DNA of 64,000 nucleotides from a bacterium (GTDB lineage Bacteria; Patescibacteriota; Minisyncoccia; Phycocordibacterales; Phycocordibacteraceae): NCBI GenBank assembly GCA_037200965.1, contig JBBCGK010000001.1, positions 433,992 to 497,991 of the forward strand, read 5' to 3'. Shown piece by piece: positions 50,108 to 58,042 of this stretch (position 1 is its first letter; each line of letters starts with the position of its first letter). The notes under the pieces were generated by a model. It saw only the letters and a program-made list of their open reading frames with translations, ran no database searches and was not told where the DNA came from. The position numbers and the translations under genes were made by a program.

Positions 50108-51779
50108 ATGCTTAATCACACCTTTGGAGTGATCTCGCTGGGTCGTTTCCTCACTGCTATACGTCCTGCGCGTTATGCGGTCCGCTCTGCCAATCGAACA
50201 CGCTTCGGCCAAGGGCTGGTCTCGGTCCGCACCCTAGTCGTCGCTGCGTGCGTTGCAATGAGTTGGCTAGCCGCATTGCCGCAAGCCGCCATCGCGAGCA
50301 GCGTCTTGATGAGCGTGCCAGGCGAAAGCGACGTAAACTCGGCGGGTGCCTTCACATATTCACTTCCTATTGCAGTTCCGCCCGGGACTGCCCGCATCGT
50401 ACCGCGACTGTCGCTTGATTATTCCAGTCAAAGCGGCAATGGCCTCCAAGGCCTCGGCTGGTCGCTTTCCGGATTGCCGGCAATAGGAAGATGCGCGCGC
50501 ACGGTGGCGCAAGACGGCGTGCATGGCAGTGTCAATTACGACGGCAGCGACAAATTCTGCTTGGAAGGCCAGCGCCTAGTCGCCCTAAGCGGCGTCTATG
50601 GCGCGAACAATACGGAATATCGTACCGAAATAGAGAGTTTCACCAAAATTATTTCATACGGAACGGCGGGTAACGGGCCAGCCTCGTTCAAAGCGTGGAC
50701 CAAGTCCGGTCAAATCCTGGAATTCGGAAACACGGCGGATTCCCGTATCGAAGCGGTCGGCAAGACAACGGTGCGCGCGTGGGCCGTCAATAAGGTTTCC
50801 GATGCCAAAGGAAACTACGTCACGGTCGAATACACCGACGACCAAACTAACGGAGAGGCGTATCCGGTTCGGATTGATTATACCGGCAATCCCAACGCAA
50901 CGCCGGTGGTTATGCCGTACAATTCCGTGCAGTTCACATACACAACGCGCGCAGATATCACGATTGCCTATCAGGCCGGTTCGCAGCAGAAGATCACAAA
51001 ACTTCTCACCAATATTAAGACTTATCAAGCCGCGAATTTGGTTTCCGACTATCGCCTTGCCTATCAAGCCGGCTCATCGCTCGCACATTCGCGTCTAACG
51101 TCCATCACGTTATGTGATGGGTCGGGTACGCCGGTATGCCTTGCCCCCACGACCTTTGGCTGGCAGGGTGGCAGCGGTAGCCTGCCGACAATGACCGGGA
51201 CCGCATCCACTATCATTCCGACGCAAAGCGGTGATTTCAACGTTGACGGATTAACAGACCCCTTTGTCAAAGCCCCGTATTTTGGAACTCAGAGCGGAAC
51301 GTTCGTCGCGAGCGGCATGACTATAAGCTATACCGACCCCATATCGGGATTGCCGTGGTCGGGTCTAACGGCTTTCCCCAACACAATGGTCGGGTTTGTA
51401 TTGGGTGATACCGACGGAGACGGGTATAGCGACGTCACCGCGATGCGGGGTATCGCACATGGCGCTTATGCCAGGTTGGTGGTTACGCGCAACGACCAGC
51501 TCGGAAATCTTGGTCAGATCGGCCTGATCGATCCGCTGCATGCTGGCGCCATATTCAGCGGCGACTTCAATGGAGACGCGCGCACGGACGTTTTCGTGAC
51601 GGGTGTAGCTTCTTATAACAGTACGACGTATCTGAGCCTGGGGACCGGATCGTTCACCGCCATCAACATGAGTTCGGTATATGAACCCATCACGACCGCC
51701 GATTTTGATGGTGACGGATGCACCGATTTCTTGGGATCGACTAGTTGCACAACCTCCTTTTTACGAACGATCCTGCAGG
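50108..51779 (+). pseudogene. SpvB/TcB-like (Tc-toxin/Rhs-associated) N-terminal gene fragment, 3'-truncated at repeat 3
   Basis: ...SLPIAVPPGTARIVPRLSLDYSS...GLGWSLSGLPAIGRC...DGSDKFCLEGQRLV (SpvB N-domain) then FG-GAP/integrin-like DxDGDG repeats (DTDGDGYSDV, GDFNGDARTDVFV, ADFDGDGCTDFLG). The ORF runs straight into the repeat and then into antisense tail-fibre sequence. Confidence 0.65.
51744..51779 (+). repeat. CRISPR-like repeat copy 3
   Basis: Exact 36-mer; cuts the SpvB/TcB-like ORF. Confidence 0.9.
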
Positions 51780-51793
51780 TTTCCGTTAATCTT

Positions 51794-53134
51794 CTAAGTC
51801 TCTTGTTGAGACGCAACACAGCCCCACGCCGCTTTTACCGAGTCATAGATAAAGCCTACCGTCAGAACCTTGGATATAACCGTCGTGGTTGGCAACGCCG
51901 TGCCTTCTGCCACGAACGACGCCCCCCAGGTAATCGCCCGGGCCGTACCGTCGTCTTTGATCCTGAAGATGAGCGTCTGGAAGTTCGTGGGTGTACCGGA
52001 GAGATTTGTCGTCATCGACGTGATCGCGGTCGCAAGAGCAGTAATCGTCACGGCGTCGCACCCATCGCTATTCACTGTAGGGGTTGCCGAAGAAACAATC
52101 GTCGTTATGCGTGGAGTATTTCTCTTATTTGCAAGAGTCTGTGTACCATTGTTAGTCACGACACTGTCAGCGTTTGTGCCTGCAACCGAGATTCTCAAAT
52201 CTCCTGTTCCAACGGTAAGCACTCCTGAGGTGTGCGTTGCAACCCAGTTACCGTTACTAATGTTCCAGGTAAAACCAGTAGCACTAAAGAGATCGGCCCA
52301 TCCAAGCGCGGTCGTCCCAAGAGCGGCAATATCATTCGTGACCGGGGAAAGAGCGGAGGAGGTAAGTTGTATCGTTCCTGTTCCGTTGATAGCCAGACCA
52401 AGCGTATTGGTTGTAGGAAGGTAGAGGCGATTACCGGTAGCAGTTGAAGAGGTAGGAGCAAAGCCAGCCGCAGTTGCCAGCGATGCCAACGTCAAAGCTC
52501 CGGCGTCGGTCAAGGTTGCATTGGTGGATGTTGCTTGTGCGCCGCGCGAAGTACCATCGGACCGAAGTATAGATTCATCTGTGGCAAAAGTGGCGGCAGC
52601 GGTGACTACATTACTCGGTATATCGCTTGTAAGAGCGACGGTACCCGTGGACGCCGGAAGGGTAATGGTGTTAGTTCCAGCGATTGCCGTAGGGACGAGG
52701 GCGATGGTACCGGAAGTTGAACCCGAGAAGGTTACACCCTGGGTACCGGAAATGATGCCAGTGGTGTCAGCAATAAGCACTGCCGAGTTCTGGATCAGCT
52801 TACCAGTGGTAGTGTCGAAGCGGGCCACGGCGTTATCAGTTGCTGAAGCCGGGCCTACAACATAGGTAGCAAGGGAAGCAGTCGTAGGAATAACATAGCC
52901 GCTTTGGAGCGCTATAGCGATCGTTCCGGAAGTAGTGATCGGTACGCCGGATACCGTAAGTCCTGTCGGTACCGTAGCGTCAACGGATGTAACCGTACCT
53001 CCTCCTCCGGGGAGGTCTATAAGAAGCCTGTGCGTCGTCGGGTCTGCATATAGACGCACAGGCGTCTTGCCGTCAGCGCTTGAAGCTGCTATCAGCGTTG
53101 GAACATCGTTCTGGTCTCGGTAAGCATCAGCCAT
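51794..53134 (-). CDS. Phage tail-fibre-like protein (Ala/Thr/Gly-rich)
   Basis: N-terminal ...VPTLIAASSADGKTPVRLYADPTTHRLLIDLPGGGG... then long A/T/G/S-rich beta-fibre-like sequence. Confidence 0.55.
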   Translation of the reverse strand: MADAYRDQNDVPTLIAASSADGKTPVRLYADPTTHRLLIDLPGGGGTVTSVDATVPTGLTVSGVPITTSGTIAIALQSGYVIPTTASLATYVVGPASATDNAVARFDTTTGKLIQNSAVLIADTTGIISGTQGVTFSGSTSGTIALVPTAIAGTNTITLPASTGTVALTSDIPSNVVTAAATFATDESILRSDGTSRGAQATSTNATLTDAGALTLASLATAAGFAPTSSTATGNRLYLPTTNTLGLAINGTGTIQLTSSALSPVTNDIAALGTTALGWADLFSATGFTWNISNGNWVATHTSGVLTVGTGDLRISVAGTNADSVVTNNGTQTLANKRNTPRITTIVSSATPTVNSDGCDAVTITALATAITSMTTNLSGTPTNFQTLIFRIKDDGTARAITWGASFVAEGTALPTTTVISKVLTVGFIYDSVKAAWGCVASQQET

Positions 53135-53136
53135 AA

Positions 53137-53334
53137 TCAGGTACTTTGTACGAGTAATTCCCCGGCACTATTGGCGTAGAGCACCACAGGCGTCTTGCCG
53201 TCAGCGCTTGAGACAGCCATGAGTGCAGGAACAAAGTTTGCGTCCCGCAGATCGTCTACCGGCCCAAAGTCCGACCCGGTAGTGTCGTCGTCCGCCATAA
53301 GCGCATGTGTTGAAGGGTCAGCAACGAGTTGCAC
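53137..53334 (-). pseudogene. Duplicated N-terminal fragment of the tail-fibre-like gene, abutting repeat 4
   Basis: ...RDANFVPALMAVSSADGKTPVVLYANSAGELLV is paralogous to the N-terminus of the 51794-53134 gene. Confidence 0.4.
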
Positions 53335-53363
53335 AACCTCCTTTTTACGAACGATCCTGCAGG
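53328..53363 (+). repeat. CRISPR-like repeat copy 4
   Basis: Exact 36-mer. Confidence 0.9.
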
Positions 53364-53460
53364 AGTATGAGTACTGATACCGTCCAATCTGCCATTGAAT
53401 ATGCGCGACACTCGCCGTCGTGACGACGTTGAGTTAAGTCAATGGCGATTTATGTTACTG

Positions 53461-53982
53461 TCACCGGACCGGCACGAACCCTTCGGGAAGAAACTGCGTC
53501 GGGTCCTTCCACGGTTCAATAGCAACTGCTTTGGGGTATTTGCTTATCATGTAAGCATCGGTGCAATACACCAAACTTTCGGGATCATCGTCCGAAGGCT
53601 CAAGGCCTGAAAATTCAACCATCACAGATTTCTGGTTGGTAATTTTTCCAAAGGTGTCAATGAACCGCTTGATTTTGTCAAACTCACGCACAAAATCGTC
53701 GGGCTCAAATAGATAGGAATACACTACTACTGTATTCTCGCCGACGATCCGTTCGGAACCGTCCTCATTTTTCACGCGGAAACGCCCAGCGGCGAGCGGC
53801 AATTGGGTTACACCGCCATTGATCCGCACCATAATTTCCATGGCGCTATCGACCCATTTGTCAAAATTTTCAACAGGCTTCTGATCGCGATCTTGGTTAG
53901 GCAAATAAACTGCAAACCGTTGTACCGATTCAGATGTATCGGCACCTAGCGCGGTCTTGAGGTCAAAATCTACGAGCGCCAT
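53461..53982 (-). CDS. Hypothetical protein (173 aa), partner of the PRTase
   Basis: Clean ORF; no motif. Confidence 0.45.
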   Translation of the reverse strand: MALVDFDLKTALGADTSESVQRFAVYLPNQDRDQKPVENFDKWVDSAMEIMVRINGGVTQLPLAAGRFRVKNEDGSERIVGENTVVVYSYLFEPDDFVREFDKIKRFIDTFGKITNQKSVMVEFSGLEPSDDDPESLVYCTDAYMISKYPKAVAIEPWKDPTQFLPEGFVPVR

Positions 53983-54068
53983 GATCGCTTCCTATTAGCC
54001 ATCAATGAAAAGGCCCCATAGCCGGGGCCTTAAAGTAGGCAAAATGCCAAATTGCAACGCTGATGCCG

Positions 54069-54725
54069 CTACCGCGGTCTTGAAGGTCTCCGAATTCCGA
54101 GCACCGTTTTAGGGTCCCGCTTGATCTTTAGAAACCGTCCAAATCCCGAACGAGCGTCTTCAGGTTTCTCCGCTTGTTGGGAAGCTGAACGAATCGCTGT
54201 CACTATCTCGTTAGCAGCTTCTGATATGGGCGGCAAATTTTGCCGGTTATAGTCGCCTGGCGGGATTCCCGCGTGCTTCTTTTTCATATGATTTTCTCCT
54301 GTTTCTTCACAGGGTTGCGACCCATCGGTCTCAGCCCCGTGTTGATCGGGAGAAAGCCCTTCAAGAATCGGGCCGCGTACGTCGGTTTCCCAGGTTAAGG
54401 CTTCGACGCGAATATCCTGGCCACGGTCCGTCCTTATGCTTTCGCGATGGGGACCATACCCACATAGTACCACAGCGGCATGCGTAGTCGCGCCCGAAAT
54501 CTCGTGGACTATATCCGCAGCAGCGCCAATACCAGCGCCCGTTACTATCAAGTCATAGACCATCAAGATGCGATCACCGGAAAGCGGTTTGTCTGCCGTT
54601 ATTGCTACGCCCTTCGCCCAACGCGTCTCGCGATAGATGCAGGCGGGCAATCCGGTTTCGGCGACGAGGGACGAGAGCATCGAAATCGCGCCGACCGGCC
54701 CCATCTCTTTTTCGATAAAGCACAA
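54069..54725 (-). CDS. Phosphoribosyltransferase-domain protein (type I PRTase fold)
   Basis: PRPP-binding loop ILMVYDLIVTGAGIGAAADIV; TTG or internal ATG start. Confidence 0.65.
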   Translation of the reverse strand: MCFIEKEMGPVGAISMLSSLVAETGLPACIYRETRWAKGVAITADKPLSGDRILMVYDLIVTGAGIGAAADIVHEISGATTHAAVVLCGYGPHRESIRTDRGQDIRVEALTWETDVRGPILEGLSPDQHGAETDGSQPCEETGENHMKKKHAGIPPGDYNRQNLPPISEAANEIVTAIRSASQQAEKPEDARSGFGRFLKIKRDPKTVLGIRRPSRPR

Positions 54726-54738
54726 TCGCGTAATGCCG

Positions 54739-54774
54739 GTTGCACAACCTCCTTTTTACGAACGATCCTGCAGG
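54739..54774 (+). repeat. CRISPR-like repeat copy 5
   Basis: Exact 36-mer; cuts the patatin-like ORF. Confidence 0.9.
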
Positions 54775-55372
54775 AAACCATGAGAGAACCCGAGTTGATC
54801 TCGGTGGCCACGATCTTCAAAGGCGACAACTCGTTAAATTCCTCATAGTTCAGGTCAGCGAACCGAATTCGATCAGGCACTCCATCGTGATCACGACCAT
54901 TTGCGGCATATAATTCCCGCATACGTTCTCGAAGAACTGTGTTGATGAATTCACGAATGGGCGTTGTGGTGAAAAAGCCTAAGTGCCGCCATATGCGCAG
55001 CATTCCAAACGTAACTAGGGGAGCTGTTAAAAAAGACAATAATACACCCCCCAACGCCGTAGCGGACAATGCCCATCGAAGTCCCTGGCGGAGGCGAACA
55101 AATCTACGCCAATCATCAGCCCCCAATAACGTTACGGGGGTCAAGTTATGTAGGCTGAGAATATTTTGATCCCTAATGTCGGGATTCATCAAAGTCGAAG
55201 CACTGTATCCCGCCGCGACTAGCGTTGCCACGATCGCGCCAGCTGACGCCCCGGCTACACCTACGAAGGCGAGCCCATTCTTCGCGGCACCCTCCAAAGC
55301 ACCAATATGCGCTATGCCCTTAGCACCGCCACCTTCGAATATGCCAAAGGCTGGCCTCTTAGCGTCCATCAC
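54775..55372 (-). pseudogene. Patatin-like phospholipase gene fragment, 3'-truncated at repeat 5
   Basis: GIFEGGGAKG oxyanion hole and GASAG serine motif are present. The sequence stops at the repeat (…TEINSGSLMV|repeat) before the expected DGG catalytic-Asp motif. Confidence 0.65.
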
Positions 55373-55505
55373 TGTATGTATCCTTTCGCAAATCAGGTCG
55401 GGGCCTGCACAAACGACAGAACATCGGACAGGCTGGTGAAATAATGAGATACCAGCCTTCGCACATTGCTGTTCCGCATACAGATACAGCAGTTGCTAGT
55501 TCAAA

Positions 55506-57077
55506 TCAGTTCAGTTGCTCCCGCACCAACGAAAGATCGTTGAACAACGTTCTCGTAAGATTCGGGATTTTTTCCAGTTTGTCTGCTTGTATTAACTTCG
55601 CCATAAAACGAATGCTTCCCTCCACTCGCTCGTCATAGAATATTTCGTGCAGAAACTTCCGCCCCTGCCGCAAATCCGTAGCATCAAACAGAAATTCCAG
55701 CTTGGCTTCGTTATCGACCATAGCAACTGCACGCCAAAAGAATCGAGGAAAATTCGCTGTCAGGAGGCTCTTGCGGACTATCTTGCTTAGGGAGGAGCGC
55801 GAAACAATCTCGCGTTTCAGATCGCTTGGGCCATTCAAAAATATGTCCCACTCGAAACGAGCCATATCACTATTGCTCGATAATTTTTTAAGCATCTCTA
55901 AAATATGATCAAATGCCAGGATAGCATCGTACACGTCGTCAAATCGGACGCGAATTTTGCTATAGAGCGGCACGAGACACAAATCCGCGCGAGCACGGGT
56001 TATCTTCGTCCCACGCTTTCGAGACCAAGTTGTCGTTATGATGTTAGATGGGCCGCTCAGCTTGATCTCAGAGTATGGGCCGATGCCGTCGTCATGCGCA
56101 TACAGTTTGGTTATGCGCGTCGCCCGTAGAAGAAAACCCGTGCGAGGTTCGGGTACTATGGGACCAGTTGTGGGCCCAAGGCCGCTGAGTGCGACCGCGT
56201 GAAATGCTCGTTTGCTTTTCTTGGAGCGTTCTAAGTTGAAGTCAAAACTCAGAATGATCGGAATATTGCCCCTCAAGAATGCATTTGCTGCGGCTTGGAT
56301 ATTGGCTCGCTCGGGCGTCATAAACAAATCCGCTTCGAGACCGACATTGCGCAAAACGCCAGCCATTTGATCGATATCCAAGCCGTCGTTCGGGAGAGCT
56401 AGGCCAGCTGTTGGCAGCGAAGCAAACGCTCGTTTGGTTATTTCAATAGGTGATAAGATTGGATTGTCATACAAATTCGCCGTGCCATGCAGTGTAGTCC
56501 ACAGAGCGCTGGTAGCGCATGCGCCAACCTCTCGGTCTTGTTCTTGAAAAGGCAGCGCACGTACAGGCAGATCTATGCCGAAAAGATTTGGTACATATCC
56601 GCGCTCAGTGAGGAAGCGACTCGATGGATTACTCCCAACCGGCGCCAAACACGTTCGCCCAATGATGGTTTCGGGAAGAGGTTTGACAACTACAAAGCCG
56701 TGATATCCCAAGACGTCGAACCTACACTCACCGCGGCCCGAAACGAAAAGCGCTTCGACCATATCTTTATCGAACGGTTGCCGAAAAAAGTGAATTCGTG
56801 AACATTCTTTCGGATAGTTCGCGTGGCATCTCGCGTAGTATCCTGTATGATCTTCGGCGAAATGCTTGTCGATGTAGTCGCGCTCAAATACAAGAGTTTC
56901 GATTTTCGCGGCTTCACAGTAACGAGCTAGAAAAATGACCTGGGGCTTTTGTGCAATTTGCTCCAGTCTAGGTTTAAATGCTCCGGCAACAAAAAGCGCT
57001 ACCAAGTTCTCTCGATTGTACTTGAGTACTTGGTAGCGCTCGCCCATGTGATCTAACTGAATATCCGCGTACGTCAC
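55506..57077 (-). CDS. Hypothetical protein (523 aa), possible Cys/His peptidase-like
   Basis: Low-GC ORF; ...VGACATSALWTTLHG... candidate Cys...His pair. Middle gene of a three-gene block with 4-nt overlap to the upstream gene. Confidence 0.45.
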   Translation of the reverse strand: MTYADIQLDHMGERYQVLKYNRENLVALFVAGAFKPRLEQIAQKPQVIFLARYCEAAKIETLVFERDYIDKHFAEDHTGYYARCHANYPKECSRIHFFRQPFDKDMVEALFVSGRGECRFDVLGYHGFVVVKPLPETIIGRTCLAPVGSNPSSRFLTERGYVPNLFGIDLPVRALPFQEQDREVGACATSALWTTLHGTANLYDNPILSPIEITKRAFASLPTAGLALPNDGLDIDQMAGVLRNVGLEADLFMTPERANIQAAANAFLRGNIPIILSFDFNLERSKKSKRAFHAVALSGLGPTTGPIVPEPRTGFLLRATRITKLYAHDDGIGPYSEIKLSGPSNIITTTWSRKRGTKITRARADLCLVPLYSKIRVRFDDVYDAILAFDHILEMLKKLSSNSDMARFEWDIFLNGPSDLKREIVSRSSLSKIVRKSLLTANFPRFFWRAVAMVDNEAKLEFLFDATDLRQGRKFLHEIFYDERVEGSIRFMAKLIQADKLEKIPNLTRTLFNDLSLVREQLN

Positions 57078-57538
57078 ACTGTGAACGGGATACGCCGACG
57101 GTCAGGAGAAATCTGGTTGGCTTGTTCTCGACTTTCAATTGCCTTGAGCATTGGCGAAAGACGCTTAGCGACTTGCGCAGTAAGATCAGTTCTGGAGGCC
57201 GTCGCCTTGGACTTGGGCCGTGCAGAACTCTTCGTCTTTTTGTGACGCATAGCGCAACCTCCAATTTCGGTGAGCAGGATGTTGCCCTCAGTTCCAGCCC
57301 GGCGGGTATAAACTCCAACACGGGGATCAAAATCAAGCTCATGGACTTGACTTCCTGGAACGGGGCCGCCTAGGGCTCCCCTGTAACGAATCAGCCCTGT
57401 TCTTAACGTACCACGAGCGCCTTCGTATCCCCAATATTTTGTATGTGGATAATCCACCAACACAAGTTCTTTGAATGGTGAGGCTGGCCGTTGCCTTTCC
57501 TCAGTGGCGTCGCCGTCCGTTGACCCAATCGCCTGCAT
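57074..57538 (-). CDS. Hypothetical protein (154 aa), first gene of the cassette operon
   Basis: Overlaps the 523-aa gene by 4 nt. Confidence 0.4.
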   Translation of the reverse strand: MQAIGSTDGDATEERQRPASPFKELVLVDYPHTKYWGYEGARGTLRTGLIRYRGALGGPVPGSQVHELDFDPRVGVYTRRAGTEGNILLTEIGGCAMRHKKTKSSARPKSKATASRTDLTAQVAKRLSPMLKAIESREQANQISPDRRRIPFTV

Positions 57539-57677
57539 AACAATTTAATGCCTTCCTTCTGGCAGCAGACCACTAGGAGCGGCAGACGGCCGTTCATTAT
57601 CAGCGTGGATCATTGGCTGGACCGAGCCCCAATCGGTGACTGATTCGTACGGCTAAAGACCGCTCGGGTCAACTAAG

Positions 57678-57713
57678 GTTGCACAACCTCCTTTTTACGA
57701 ACGATCCTGCAGG
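57678..57713 (+). repeat. CRISPR-like repeat copy 6 (leader-proximal)
   Basis: Exact 36-mer, 32 bp from the cas2 stop. Confidence 0.9.
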
Positions 57714-57745
57714 AGTCCGTGTATATTGAGCGGTAACGCGAATTA

Positions 57746-58042
57746 CTAGACAATCTCAAAGGACTTGATCTTATAATACTCCCCGATAACGGCATCGGCA
57801 GTTGAATTAAGTGCGCATGATTTGCAGGAAGAAAATAGATGCAGCCGATCCCGTTTTCCCGTGAATAGCGATCGCATCTTCATTTCAAATTCCCGGCGCT
57901 CCTTAAAGGAAAGGCGTCCGACGTAGAGAGTCTGTTGAAGTGCGGATAAACCATAGTCCTTTGATAACTTTTCCGCGCGGATCTGGCGCTGCCGATTGGC
58001 GGTTCTCCAGGCGACTATTGCAAGGAAGCATGGATCATTCAT
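57746..58042 (-). CDS. cas2: CRISPR-associated endoribonuclease Cas2
   Basis: 98 aa; ...FLAIVAW...QQTLYVGRLSF...DRLHLFS pattern similar to I-E-type Cas2; ATGA overlap with cas1. Confidence 0.7.
   Translation of the reverse strand: MNDPCFLAIVAWRTANRQRQIRAEKLSKDYGLSALQQTLYVGRLSFKERREFEMKMRSLFTGKRDRLHLFSSCKSCALNSTADAVIGEYYKIKSFEIV

Larger units (their letters stand above)
38559..57713 (-). CRISPR. CRISPR-like array of six identical 36-nt direct repeats separated by kilobase-scale, gene-bearing spacers; the leader-proximal repeat sits 32 bp from cas2
   Basis: The exact 36-mer GTTGCACAACCTCCTTTTTACGAACGATCCTGCAGG occurs at 38559, 40775, 51744, 53328, 54739 and 57678 on the + strand. cas1-cas2 is immediately adjacent. 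The inter-repeat segments are 2180, 10933, 1548, 1375 and 2903 bp. The array strand is inferred from the cas-gene orientation. Confidence 0.7.

Noticed and set aside
51780-52228. Continuation of the SpvB-like ORF past repeat 3 (to 52228)
   Set aside because: Downstream of the repeat the frame is antisense to the tail-fibre gene and reads as Arg-rich garbage. The real coding sequence ends at the repeat.
38559-57713. Interpretation of the 36-nt repeats as integron attC sites, REP/BOX elements or a CRISPR array with ordinary spacers
   Set aside because: No intI-like integrase is present. The repeats are identical and only 36 nt (attC sites are 57-140 nt and imperfectly palindromic). No short 30-40 bp spacers exist between any copies. 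Adjacency to cas1-cas2 makes a CRISPR-derived repeat the better explanation, but with gene-sized inserts.
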